A stretch of 64,000 nucleotides of DNA from Armatimonadota bacterium (GCA_041690135.1 JAWLHY010000010.1:122110-186109), one strand, 5' to 3'; numbered from the stretch's first letter, positions 47,033 to 56,537 are shown. Program-made: numbers and translations. Notes: a model not told the origin generated them from the sequence alone.

Positions 47033-47737
47033 TTAGGGGGTCCAGGCGAACCAGACCAGCCACACGTCCAGCCGGCGGTTCTCGGCAGTGCGGGGGACGT
47101 TGATGTGGTTCATCAGGTAGCCGGTTTCCACCCGAAGCTGCGGGTTCACCTGGCGGCTGACGCCGAGGAACAGGCGGTTCTGATCGAAGCCGGAAACCGG
47201 CCCGTTGTCGGTGGAGTTCAGGTTGAAGAAGAACTCGTCGTAGCCGACCAGGGCCCACTTTTTGTCCGCGCAGATGGGATGGGTCAGGCGGAACATGCTC
47301 CGCAGGCGGACCGCCGTGCCGCCCGCGCCCTCGATAAAGCGCTCTTCCAGACGCGTGCGGTTGGTGAAGGCAGTATTGCCGAACCGATCATCGTAGAGCA
47401 ACTGCTGGTAAATTCGGTGTTCATCCGCAAAGCCGGGCTCGAACAGCGGTGTCCAGCCGTAGCCCTGCCAGACCGACACTTTGGAATTGAGCCGATAGCC
47501 GATGGCTGGTCGTACGATGAGGCGCTCCAACTCCGAAATGTCCTGGCCAATGCGAGGCTGAACTTCGAAGTAGCCGATCCACCGATCGGAGAGGTTTTTC
47601 TGAACCGTGAACAGCGTCCATTGCTGGGTGTCCACGTCGTCGGCGCAGGCAGGCGACGTGACGGCGAGCGCCAGGGCAACGCCCAAGGTGGCCGCGACGA
47701 TGCGGCTACGGATGGTGTTGAATAGGTCAGTCATCAA
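47033..47737 (-). CDS. DUF2490-type outer-membrane protein
   Basis: Signal peptide then alternating-hydrophobicity beta-strand pattern; WTLFTVQKNLSDRW..RPAIGYRL resembles DUF2490. Confidence 0.7.
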   Translation of the reverse strand: MMTDLFNTIRSRIVAATLGVALALAVTSPACADDVDTQQWTLFTVQKNLSDRWIGYFEVQPRIGQDISELERLIVRPAIGYRLNSKVSVWQGYGWTPLFEPGFADEHRIYQQLLYDDRFGNTAFTNRTRLEERFIEGAGGTAVRLRSMFRLTHPICADKKWALVGYDEFFFNLNSTDNGPVSGFDQNRLFLGVSRQVNPQLRVETGYLMNHINVPRTAENRRLDVWLVWFAWTP

Positions 47738-47830
47738 ACCTACGTATCTCAGACCAGCCGCCAGTTAGTCGTGTTTGCAGGGGGTAACCAGGAAGGCACG
47801 CCAACGAAACCCGTTTTGCGCATTTTCGAT

Positions 47831-47860
47831 ATTGCGCAATTACTCCGGCCGGTTATACTG
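47831..47860 (+). promoter_or_regulatory. Candidate sigma70-like promoter (-35 TTGCGC, 17 nt, -10 TATACT) with overlapping 10-bp palindrome ATTGCGCAAT, putative ArsR operator
   Basis: Read directly; a second TGCGCA half-site at 47817-47822; about 40 nt upstream of arsR-like start. Confidence 0.5.
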
Positions 47861-47898
47861 AGGAGCGGCAATATGCATTGATTGGAAGGATGTAACCG

Positions 47899-48300
47899 AT
47901 GCCGATGCGGGACGCACTGCGGCAGTTCAAAGCAGATATTTTCCAGGCACTGGCCCATCCCACGCGTATCGCGATCGTCGAGATACTGTGCGAGGGCGAG
48001 CAGTCGGCTGGATCGCTGGTCGAAAAGCTGGAAATAGAACCGGCAAACGCTTCGCAGCACCTGGCTGTCCTGCGCAGCCGGCAGATTGTCGAAAGCCGCA
48101 GGGAGGGAAACCAGGTCATTTACTCACTTCGCGATCCCTTGCTCGGCGAGGTTCTAGAAGTAATGCGTCGCTACTTCCAGGCCCACCTGGCGGAGGCCAC
48201 GGCGCTCTTGCGGGACCTCCATCCGGAAACCGGCGCTGAAGCAAAGCCGGCTTCCGCAACCCGTGCGAAAGGCATGGGTGAGAGGGATGAACTCCAGTGA
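47899..48300 (+). CDS. ArsR/SmtB-family transcriptional regulator
   Basis: HTH region ALAHPTRIAIVEILCEGEQSAGSLVEKLEIEPANASQHLAVL; ggaagga SD. Confidence 0.85.
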   Translation: MPMRDALRQFKADIFQALAHPTRIAIVEILCEGEQSAGSLVEKLEIEPANASQHLAVLRSRQIVESRREGNQVIYSLRDPLLGEVLEVMRRYFQAHLAEATALLRDLHPETGAEAKPASATRAKGMGERDELQ

Positions 48301-50015
48301 GCGACGGACTGGCGTTTAGACGGTGGACCCCGCGCCTACTGGAGACGCTTCGTACCTACGACAGGCGTACGTTCGGGAGTGACCTGATCGCGGGGATCAC
48401 GGTAGGGTTGGTCGCGCTGCCGTTGGCGATGGCGTTCGGAATCGCCAGTGGCGTTACGCCCCAGTCCGGCATTTACACGGCGATTGTGGCCGGCTTCCTG
48501 ATCTCGGCGCTTGGCGGATCGCGGGTGCAGATCGGCGGGCCTACCGGCGCGTTCGTGGTCATCGTGGCCGGCATCATCAGTAAGTTCGGTCTCTCCGGCC
48601 TCCTGATGGTCACACTCATGGCCGGCGGTATGCTCGTCTTGATGGGAATTACCGGCCTCGGAACCGCCATCAAGTTCATCCCGAGACCGGTGGTCATCGG
48701 CTTTACCAACGGCATCGCGATCCTGATCGCATCCACCCAGATCAAGGACTTCCTGGGGCTGCAGACCGGCCCGCTCCCAGGTGAATTCCTGGAGCGCATG
48801 CACGTTTACGCGGGAGCGTTGAGTACGGTACATCCGCCGACGCTGCTCGTCGCCTCCGTCTCGCTGGGAATCATCCTGTTCTGGCCGCGCATCACGCGCC
48901 GGATTCCCGGATCCATCGTAGCACTGCTTCTCGCCACGATACTCACCCCTCTGCTAGGCTTGCCGGTCGAGACTATTGGCAGCAAGTTCGGGGGAATTCC
49001 GGTTGGCTTGCCCCGGATCGCCCTGCCGGAATTCCGCCCGGACTTGATCGTGACACTGCTCCCGTCGGCGGTGACCGTGGCGCTGCTGGCGGCCATCGAA
49101 AGCTTGCTTTCGGCGGTGGTGGCGGACAGCATGAGTGGCGACAAGCACAACTCCAATGTGGAACTGGTCGCCCAGGGCATGGCGAATCTCGCGGTTCCGT
49201 TCGTGGGAGGAATTCCCGCCACGGGAGCCATCGCGCGCACGGCCACCAACATTCGCTCTGGGGCACACACCCCCGTGGCCGGCATCACACACGCGCTCAC
49301 ATTACTGTTCATTATTGTGGTAGCGGCGCCGCTCGCACGGTTCATCCCGCTGGCAACACTGGCAGCCGTGTTGTTTGTGGTGTCTTACAATATGGGGGAA
49401 TGGCGAGAGATCGGTTCGATCCTCAGGCTTTCCCGGGCGGACAAGGCCGTTTGGGCCAGCACCTTTGCGCTCACCGTCCTGGCCGATCTCACTGTGGCCG
49501 TTGAAGTCGGCATTGCACTCGCGGCACTGCTCTACATCTACCGGGTATCGCAAACGACCACCGTCTCCGTGGTTACCCCCGAGTATGTAGATGCGGGTTG
49601 GGTTCACAGCCTGCAGGGCCAGGAGATTCCCCCGTACGTCTCCATCCTCAGGATCCACGGTCCGTTTCTGTTCGGCACCACGGAAAAGCTGGCGGAAGAG
49701 ACCGCGGACCTCACGCGCTTCGCACCGGTAGTCATTCTTCGGCTGCGCAACACAACCGCCCTCGACGCCACGGGACTACACGCATTGGAAGTGTTTGCGG
49801 AACGGCTGCGGAAAGCGGGGAAAACGTTGCTCCTCTGCGGCGCCCGCGACCAGCCGGCGAAGCTGCTGCAGCGATCCGATTTCGTGGCGCACATCGGCAG
49901 TGACAATATCCTCCCGCATGTTCAGGCCGCCCTGATGCGGGCTCGCGAGGTGGCGGAGGAGTTCGGTGGTTTGGGATACGAGGCAGCGGAAGATCTCGCC
50001 CACGCACCCCTCTAG
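48297..50015 (+). CDS. SulP-family anion transporter with STAS domain
   Basis: GITVGLVALPLAMAFGIASGV.. transmembrane core plus C-terminal STAS; ATGA overlap with arsR-like gene. Confidence 0.9.
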   Translation: MSDGLAFRRWTPRLLETLRTYDRRTFGSDLIAGITVGLVALPLAMAFGIASGVTPQSGIYTAIVAGFLISALGGSRVQIGGPTGAFVVIVAGIISKFGLSGLLMVTLMAGGMLVLMGITGLGTAIKFIPRPVVIGFTNGIAILIASTQIKDFLGLQTGPLPGEFLERMHVYAGALSTVHPPTLLVASVSLGIILFWPRITRRIPGSIVALLLATILTPLLGLPVETIGSKFGGIPVGLPRIALPEFRPDLIVTLLPSAVTVALLAAIESLLSAVVADSMSGDKHNSNVELVAQGMANLAVPFVGGIPATGAIARTATNIRSGAHTPVAGITHALTLLFIIVVAAPLARFIPLATLAAVLFVVSYNMGEWREIGSILRLSRADKAVWASTFALTVLADLTVAVEVGIALAALLYIYRVSQTTTVSVVTPEYVDAGWVHSLQGQEIPPYVSILRIHGPFLFGTTEKLAEETADLTRFAPVVILRLRNTTALDATGLHALEVFAERLRKAGKTLLLCGARDQPAKLLQRSDFVAHIGSDNILPHVQAALMRAREVAEEFGGLGYEAAEDLAHAPL

Positions 50016-50055
50016 ATAGCAGGGTCGTGCACTTGCGGAGAAAGAGTAAGTTCAG

Positions 50056-50796
50056 ATGAGGATACTCGGAGCTACCATTTGCCTGGCATTAGCCCTGCTG
50101 GCGTGGCCCACTCTCGTACAAGCGGAGCACCCCGCGCCTGGGCCCGCGATCGATCCGCAGCGCGTACTGCTCTCATTGATGGCGGGGAACCGGCGGTTCG
50201 CTACCGGCCATGCCGTGCACCCCCACGCAGAGCGCGCTCGCATACGGGAAACGGGCTGGCACGGCCAGCATCCGCAGGCCGTCGTTCTGGCTTGTGCCGA
50301 TTCCCGCGTGTGCCCCGAGATCCTCTTCGACCAGGGCGTAGGAGACCTCTTTACGATTCGCGTGGCGGGTAACGTCGGCAACGAAGACGAGGCAGCCTCG
50401 GTGGAATACGCGGCCGATCACCTGGAAGTCCCCGTGTGTGTCGTGCTGGGACACACCGGCTGCGGAGCCGTAACGGCGGTAGTCCGTAAAGAACCGCTGC
50501 ACGGTAGCTTCGACCACCTGCTGGCGCACACCCGAGAAGCAGTAGGAGCTTTACGGAAGAAGCGGCCGGACCTGACCGGCACGGCGCTTCTCGACGAAGC
50601 CGTCCGCGCCAACATCTGGGAGGCGATCGAAGACCTCCTGCAGGAAAGCCCGGCATTGGTGGAGCGAGCACGCACCGGAAAGCTCCGCATCGTCGGCGCC
50701 GTCTACGACACGCGTAGTGGCAAGGTGCATTGGATGGGGCGCCATCCACGCGAGAACGCCCTGCTGAAGGAGCAGGCCGGAAAGCGGCCCGGTTAA
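50056..50796 (+). CDS. Beta-class carbonic anhydrase with signal peptide
   Basis: CADSR and HTGCGAV zinc-ligand motifs; N-terminal signal peptide. Confidence 0.85.
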   Translation: MRILGATICLALALLAWPTLVQAEHPAPGPAIDPQRVLLSLMAGNRRFATGHAVHPHAERARIRETGWHGQHPQAVVLACADSRVCPEILFDQGVGDLFTIRVAGNVGNEDEAASVEYAADHLEVPVCVVLGHTGCGAVTAVVRKEPLHGSFDHLLAHTREAVGALRKKRPDLTGTALLDEAVRANIWEAIEDLLQESPALVERARTGKLRIVGAVYDTRSGKVHWMGRHPRENALLKEQAGKRPG

Positions 50797-50908
50797 CACC
50801 GCAGGTGGCCCGGTTGATCGCATTACATGTGCGCCCGTGGGATCAACCCCACGGATGGCCGCCTTGCGAGGTTCCGGCACCGAGCACGGAGCTCGCGATA
50901 GCCTGTCG

Positions 50909-50948
50909 CCGGGAAGCCTCCCTCATCGGCGTGAGGGAGGCTTCCCGG
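50909..50948. terminator. 17-bp perfect palindrome (ccgggaagcctccctca tcggcg tgagggaggcttcccgg), probable bidirectional terminator
   Basis: Exact reverse-complement arms; sits between convergent carbonic anhydrase and methyltransferase genes. Confidence 0.6.
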
Positions 50949-50986
50949 CAGGAGCTCAGCGCGCATACTGGCTTTGAAACGGAAGC

Positions 50987-52039
50987 TTAAATCCCCAGCA
51001 GCTTCTTCACGCCGTTCTTGACCGGCTGCGGTAGGGCGCCGCCCAGCGACCGCAGTCCGCCGGAGGAGTCTCCCCCCTGCGACGGTCCCGCGAACTCCGG
51101 CCACTCCAGTTGTCCGCGGTCTTCCAGGAGCGGAGCGGAGATGATTTCGGCCGGTTTCCCCTTCACGGCCAGCAAGGTGATCGTCTCTTCAATCCGCGGC
51201 CCGTGCGTCTTGTTGACGATCCAGGAGAGCGCGCCGGGTCCACTCCCCTTACCGGCGGATTCCTCACTGGCGGAGGGCAGATTGCCACACCGCTCGATCT
51301 TGTCGGGAAAGCCGACTCCGGTGGCCGGCGTAAGGCACGCGTAGGCCGAAGTGTAGCCGTAGTTCGACAGGAAGTTCAGGAGGGAAGACCGGGTGAACTC
51401 GAAGCTGTGGGGATTGTCCAGAGAGTTCCAGACCTTCTCCATCCGCTCTTCCATGGAAGAATCGGGGGAGTGCTCCCGCGTCTTTCGGCCCCAGTAGGTG
51501 TGTCCCTTGTACTCGACAGAGACTTCCGCCACGAGACTGTACTGGGTGGAGATAATCGTGATTCCGGTGCAAACCGCACTGATCTGCTCCAGGAACCGGA
51601 ATACGTCCGGCTGGTCGAGGTGATACAGGATTCCCAGGCACAGCACTACGTCGAAGTGGCCGTACTTCTCGGGGCTCAGGTTGCGAACGTCGTCGAGGTG
51701 GAGTTCCACGTTTTCCAGCCCCAGTACTTCTTTCGCGTAACGTGCCTTCTCCAGGTTGGCTTCCCGACCCTCCACCAGGACCACGCTCGCCCCATGCCGG
51801 GCCAACTCGATGCCGTAGAGACCCTCCAGACAGGCCAGGTCCAGAATCCGCAGTTCGTTCAGCGGTCGCCGCGCGGCGTCCGCCACGGTCTGCACCACCT
51901 GCCGCAGCTTGAGCTCGTCGGCGATGATGCGGCCGTCGATGGTGTAAAGGTCGCCCCCAAGGTGGATGTTATGCGCGGTCCACTCGCCGTGCTTTTCCAC
52001 GACCTCGCGCTTTTTTCGCGCCATTTCCTCGACGTTCAT
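50987..52039 (-). CDS. Class I SAM-dependent methyltransferase
   Basis: Motif I LDLACLEGLYGIELARHGASV; start at MNVEEMARKK (ATG 52037-52039, ggag SD). Confidence 0.8.
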   Translation of the reverse strand: MNVEEMARKKREVVEKHGEWTAHNIHLGGDLYTIDGRIIADELKLRQVVQTVADAARRPLNELRILDLACLEGLYGIELARHGASVVLVEGREANLEKARYAKEVLGLENVELHLDDVRNLSPEKYGHFDVVLCLGILYHLDQPDVFRFLEQISAVCTGITIISTQYSLVAEVSVEYKGHTYWGRKTREHSPDSSMEERMEKVWNSLDNPHSFEFTRSSLLNFLSNYGYTSAYACLTPATGVGFPDKIERCGNLPSASEESAGKGSGPGALSWIVNKTHGPRIEETITLLAVKGKPAEIISAPLLEDRGQLEWPEFAGPSQGGDSSGGLRSLGGALPQPVKNGVKKLLGI

Positions 52040-52301
52040 CCGAAATCTCCTGTTGCCCGACCGCGGTCCACCGGGACCCGCAGGTCCGTATCTCCGGGAA
52101 GCCCCCAAAATTCAACTATTCAGAAAGGTAACGGTTCTCGGCCGCTGCAGTGTCTTCCGGAAGCGTCCGGGCGGCATTCGCGGTGGGGGTGCTGGAAAGC
52201 CACCCTTCTAATCTTCGGATGATCGACCAGAAAATCTGGGTTGCGGACCGATGGATATTGGCTTGCGCTGCAAATCGGGGGCGCAAAGGGAGCCGCCAAC
52301 G

Positions 52302-52338
52302 AAAAACAACCCGTGAGCGACACGCTCACGGGTTGTTT
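52302..52338 (-). terminator. Rho-independent terminator downstream of tRNA-Ser (16-bp stem, 3-nt loop, U5 tail on minus strand)
   Basis: aaacaacccgtgagcg aca cgctcacgggttgttt; on the minus strand the stem is followed by TTTTTCG. Confidence 0.75.
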
Positions 52339-52353
52339 CAGGTCGTATCGGAA

Positions 52354-52442
52354 CGGAGAGGGCGGGATTCGAACCCGCGGCAGAGTATGATCCCTGCGAC
52401 GGTTTAGCAAACCGCTCCCTTCGGCCACTCGGGCACCTCTCC
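52354..52442 (-). tRNA. tRNA-Ser: tRNA-Ser (anticodon GCU)
   Basis: Minus-strand sequence GGAGAGGTGCCCGAGTGGCCGAAGGGAGCGGTTTGCTAAACCGTC..GCGGGTTCGAATCCCGCCCTCTCCG: 7-bp acceptor stem, GTTCGAATC T-loop, long variable arm, anticodon loop UUGCUAA; CCA not encoded. Confidence 0.85.
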
Positions 52443-52463
52443 AGGCCGGTTCAGGACTGCGGG

Positions 52464-52493
52464 ATTTTAGCATAGCGCCGCGCGGGTCTGCAA
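52464..52493 (-). promoter_or_regulatory. Candidate promoter for tRNA-Ser (-35 TTGCAG, 18 nt, -10 TAAAAT on minus strand)
   Basis: Read on reverse complement about 25 nt upstream of the tRNA 5' end. Confidence 0.4.
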
Positions 52494-52617
52494 GAGGTAT
52501 TCTCGCGGGCTCGCCTCCTCTATCATTGTTCGGAAAGCACGCAACCCTGGCGACCGTAGCTTCGTATTATCTGCGTCGGCCTATTTGCTGTATTCGGTGC
52601 ATTTCTCGACCTGACCC

Positions 52618-53706
52618 ATGGCGACTATCAACTTCGGCAAATATGAGCTGACCCGGGAACTCGGCCGCGGAGCCATGGGGATCGTGTACGAGGCGCACGA
52701 GATTGGGCGGGGCGGAGAACTCGCGCTCAAGGTCATTACGATCAAGAACGGCGCTTCCCCGGAATCTCGGGCGCGGCAGCTGGAGCGATTCTCACGCGAG
52801 GCACGCGCCCTGTCTCAACTGAACCATCCCAACGTGGTGCGGTTGTTCGAGCGGGGTGAGATCGGTGGCCGTGCTTATTTCACCATGGAACTGGTGCGCG
52901 GAACCACGCTCCGCGATCGGCTCCAGTTCCAGGGCGCTCTTTCCTTACCGGAACTGACGCGGCTGGCATTGGAAATGTGTGCGGCACTGGACCACCTCCA
53001 CGAGCATGGGGTGGTACACCGCGACGTGAAGCCGGACAACATCATGCTGATGCCGGACGGCAGTTCCAAGCTGATGGATTTCGGAATCGCCCTGCTGCTG
53101 TTCGAGGATAGTCAGGGAGCGAGTGGTTTTGAGGGCTCACCGGCCTACATGTCGCCCGAGCAGGTGGCCTCACGCCCGGTAGATGGACGCACAGACATCT
53201 ATTCCCTGGCAGTGACGCTCTACGAAGCCGCCACGGGAAAACGCGCATACGACGGGGACAGCATCGCGACCATCACCCAGAAGGTCGTTCAGGAATACCC
53301 CGCTCCCCCGCCCGGTATGCCGCTCCACTTCCAGGCGATCCTGATGCGGGCGATGGGAAAGAATCCGAATCACCGGTATCAACATGCCACGGAGATGGCT
53401 GCGGACCTGCGCGCCGCGCGGCTACCCCAGCGCCCTTCGGTAACTTCGCTCCCGGCCGCCCCGCCCAACCCAGGAACATTCCCGAACGTGGCGCCTCTGT
53501 CGGCTCAACCTTCTGGCACCCCGCCACACGCGACGACGCCCCCCCATCGCGCCGCGGCTCCTGGCATAGCCTGCCGGATCCACCCCGGCCGCGCGGGTGT
53601 GGCCCACTGCGAAGCTTGCGGCCATCCGATGTGCTACACGTGCATGCTGGAAATTCCACACCGGGGAACGATCTGTCGCACGTGCGCTTTCGGCCCCCGC
53701 CTTTGA
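52618..53706 (+). CDS. Hanks-type Ser/Thr protein kinase with C-terminal Cys-rich zinc-ribbon-like tail
   Basis: GRGAMGIVY glycine loop, ALK lysine, HRDVKPDNIM catalytic loop, DFG, SPE; tail C..CEACGHPMCYTCMLE..CRTC. Confidence 0.85.
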   Translation: MATINFGKYELTRELGRGAMGIVYEAHEIGRGGELALKVITIKNGASPESRARQLERFSREARALSQLNHPNVVRLFERGEIGGRAYFTMELVRGTTLRDRLQFQGALSLPELTRLALEMCAALDHLHEHGVVHRDVKPDNIMLMPDGSSKLMDFGIALLLFEDSQGASGFEGSPAYMSPEQVASRPVDGRTDIYSLAVTLYEAATGKRAYDGDSIATITQKVVQEYPAPPPGMPLHFQAILMRAMGKNPNHRYQHATEMAADLRAARLPQRPSVTSLPAAPPNPGTFPNVAPLSAQPSGTPPHATTPPHRAAAPGIACRIHPGRAGVAHCEACGHPMCYTCMLEIPHRGTICRTCAFGPRL

Positions 53707-53745
53707 GGCACGGGTCCGGACCGTAGGGCACCGCCGGCCGAACGA

Positions 53746-54138
53746 TTACTCGTTTTCCGGGCAGGAGTTCGGGGTCGCAGCCAGAGCCCGTCGAACCAGC
53801 GTGGCGATGTCGTCCGGGCGAAACGGCTTGGTGAGGTAATAATCGGCGCCGATATCGAGACCCAGCGTCACATCCTCCGGCTGGTCCTTCACCGTCAGCA
53901 ATACCACGAGTATGTGCCGGAGACGGGGGTCCGTCTTGATCCGGTTCAGCACGCGATAGCCGTCGAGCTTCGGCATGACCACATCGAGGACCACCAGGTC
54001 CGGATGCTCAGCTTCCACGACTTCAAGCGCCCTTTCGCCGTCATGTGCGGTCAGCAGCGTGTAACCCTCGGAGCGGAGACACATCTGGAGGAGCCTTACG
54101 ATGTCCGGATGGTCGTCGACGAGTAGGATCTTGGGCAT
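53746..54138 (-). CDS. Stand-alone response regulator receiver (CheY-like) protein
   Basis: ILLVDDHPDIV..DLVVLDVVMPKLDG..TKP receiver motifs. Confidence 0.8.
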   Translation of the reverse strand: MPKILLVDDHPDIVRLLQMCLRSEGYTLLTAHDGERALEVVEAEHPDLVVLDVVMPKLDGYRVLNRIKTDPRLRHILVVLLTVKDQPEDVTLGLDIGADYYLTKPFRPDDIATLVRRALAATPNSCPENE

Positions 54139-54241
54139 GGTTCGGAAAGGTACTTCGGTCAGGTGCGCAAGGGCAAAGCGGTGCTTGTCCTTAACTTACA
54201 GCTAAAATCGCCCGTCTTCAACCGGGCCGACCGAAGGAGGT

Positions 54242-55285
54242 ATGGATCCGATGAAACTCAAACACGCAATGCTTGCTGTCGGCGCGGGTGCTCTCCTGTG
54301 GGGATCGGGGTACCTGCACGCGCAGAGCGCCGCCACGCGCAAAGGCTGGACTCCGGGAAAAGGCTACGGTTGGGTGTGGGGCAAGAACGACGAAGTGGGA
54401 GCCCTGAACACTCTCGGACCGGGAGACGTTAGGGAAGCCGCCCGCCTGATCCAACAGGGCAAGGTATACGATCTGGGGATCACCTACGACCGCACCTCGT
54501 TCAAGTGGCCGGGCCACTCCCCCGGTGAGGTCATTTCATTCCGCACGCCGGAAGGGGTGAAGCGCCAGAAGGATCTCGACTTCGTTTTCGGGCCGGGTAA
54601 CAGTTCGGAAACGGCCTGGCACAGTTGCGCGCTTTTCATCAGCGATAACGTGGCCACCCAGATCGACGGCCTCGGGCACATAACGGTGGGGAAGGACAAC
54701 CACTGGTACAACGGGTTCAAGGAGAGCGAGGCGGGGAGCAACTGGGGGATCCGCAAGTGCGGGGCCGAGACCATTCCGCCCATCGTCGCCCGCGGCGTGT
54801 TAATCGATGTCGCCGGTTACCTGAAGCAAGAGGCGCTACCCGCCGGGTTCGCGATTACCCCCAAGATCTTGCAGGACACGCTGGCGGCCCAGAAAACCAC
54901 GCTGCGTCCGGGGGACGCGGTGTTCATCCGCACCGGCACACTGCGGTACTGGGGAGAGACCGGCAGCGACCATGAAAAGCTCAAGCAGCACGACACGGCC
55001 GGTATCAATCTGGATGCGGCGAAATGGCTGGTCGGGGAGCAGGGAGCGGTACTGGTGGGTTCCGACACCAGCGGCCTTGAGGTGATGCCTCCGCCTGCGG
55101 GAAGCAATAGTTTCAATCCCGTCCATGTCTACCTGCTCATCGAACAGGGCGTGCACATCGGGGAGTTCCACAACCTGGAGGAACTCGCGAAGGATCGAGC
55201 TTACGAGTTCTTCTATGCCTGTTCCGTGAACAACATCAAAGGCGCGGTGGCCGGCTTCACCCTGCGCCCCATGGCCATTCGGTAG
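54242..55285 (+). CDS. Putative cyclase-family protein (arylformamidase-like), secreted
   Basis: Signal peptide; ISDNVATQIDGLGHI and GVLIDVAGY motifs reminiscent of PF04199 cyclase family. Confidence 0.7.
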   Translation: MDPMKLKHAMLAVGAGALLWGSGYLHAQSAATRKGWTPGKGYGWVWGKNDEVGALNTLGPGDVREAARLIQQGKVYDLGITYDRTSFKWPGHSPGEVISFRTPEGVKRQKDLDFVFGPGNSSETAWHSCALFISDNVATQIDGLGHITVGKDNHWYNGFKESEAGSNWGIRKCGAETIPPIVARGVLIDVAGYLKQEALPAGFAITPKILQDTLAAQKTTLRPGDAVFIRTGTLRYWGETGSDHEKLKQHDTAGINLDAAKWLVGEQGAVLVGSDTSGLEVMPPPAGSNSFNPVHVYLLIEQGVHIGEFHNLEELAKDRAYEFFYACSVNNIKGAVAGFTLRPMAIR

Positions 55286-55415
55286 GATTCAATGACGGCT
55301 TGACACCTGACGGCTGCAGCCGCAGGCCGGAACGGCAAAAAGCGGAGAGGGGTTGCCGTGCCGAACCCCTCTCCGCTTTGCCGGCGCTTCCAAAAGAGGC
55401 GCGCGTGTTCAGCCT

Positions 55416-56537
55416 TCAGAACCCGAGTGCGCGCAGTTCCTTCTTCAGGTCTTCCATTTGGTTTCCGGTCGCCCGCCAGCGGATCTTTCCGGTCTCATCC
55501 ATCAGGTAGAAAGTCGGGTAAGCCGACACCTTATAGGCCGAAGCGACCGAGTCCTGGGTGCCGGAGAGCACCACAGGGAAGGTGACCTTGCTGTCTTTGA
55601 CATAGGAAGCGACGGAAGGCGGAGAACCGTTCCAATTGACGGCAATCACCTCCAGCCCCTTCGGCTGAAGTTCGGCGTATAGCCGCTGGAGTTCAACCAG
55701 ATCGGCAAGACACGTGGGGGACCCCTGGAACCAGAAGTACAACAGCGTGGCTTTCTTCCCTTTGCGCGCCTCGGCCAGGTAAAGGGACGTTCCATCCGCA
55801 CTCAGCGCTGTGAATGCCGGTCCTTCCTGCCCCACCGCCAGCAGGCCTTGATCCGCGCTGGCGGACCTGTACGGTCGGTAGCCCTCGGGAGGGGTGTAGG
55901 CAAACTGGTCGGGGGACATGGCCGCGTTGGTCCGCAGGTTCTTGAGCCAGGTGGAGACGATGCGCGACCCCTTGGGCTGTGCGAACCGGAGCTCCACGCC
56001 CTCCAGCAGCCCGGTAGCCCCAAAGAACAGTTTTCGACTCTGCGGAGGCCGGTTCGACCGCACTTCCAGGATCTGGAATACTCTCCCCCCTTCATTCTGC
56101 TGGCCCACATACCGCGGTTGTTCACGCGCCAGCAGGCGGTCCGGGGAGAAAAAGGCGCTCACCGGCGAATACATGCCACCCACTCCGCCCACGTTTTGCC
56201 CCTGTGGCGCAGCGGTGCTCTTCTGGAACCGCTTCACCTCTTCGGTGAGGACATAGAGGTCCCTTCCGTCCGACATTACCGCGCCCTTCGGCTTACCCGC
56301 GCTGTCGGTGAAGCGTATCTGTGCGAAATTGGGGCGCATCAGGCGCAGCGAGTAACGGAGGGTGTCCACCTGTCCTCCGGAATCGGTGGTGGTGACCATG
56401 TCCGCCGTCAACGTGCGGATGGAAGGGGCCATCTCCCGGCACCGTTTCAGCACGTTGTCGGCGCGGGTATCGGCCGATGCGCCACCGGCGGCGGCCAGGA
56501 GCGTCAGGGTCAGGAGCCAGGTTCGCTTGCGTGTCAT
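55416..56537 (-). CDS. LolA-like N-terminal domain fused to TlpA-like thioredoxin-fold domain with atypical SPTC motif
   Basis: Signal peptide; C-terminal TlpA-like region where the usual WCGPC position reads GSPTC (LLYFWFQGSPTCLADL). Confidence 0.7.
   Translation of the reverse strand: MTRKRTWLLTLTLLAAAGGASADTRADNVLKRCREMAPSIRTLTADMVTTTDSGGQVDTLRYSLRLMRPNFAQIRFTDSAGKPKGAVMSDGRDLYVLTEEVKRFQKSTAAPQGQNVGGVGGMYSPVSAFFSPDRLLAREQPRYVGQQNEGGRVFQILEVRSNRPPQSRKLFFGATGLLEGVELRFAQPKGSRIVSTWLKNLRTNAAMSPDQFAYTPPEGYRPYRSASADQGLLAVGQEGPAFTALSADGTSLYLAEARKGKKATLLYFWFQGSPTCLADLVELQRLYAELQPKGLEVIAVNWNGSPPSVASYVKDSKVTFPVVLSGTQDSVASAYKVSAYPTFYLMDETGKIRWRATGNQMEDLKKELRALGF

Noticed and set aside
52109-52620. 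Genomic island at the tRNA-Ser
   Set aside because: Flanking genes are ordinary metabolic and regulatory genes with no integrase or obvious attachment-site repeat; cannot exclude without comparative data.
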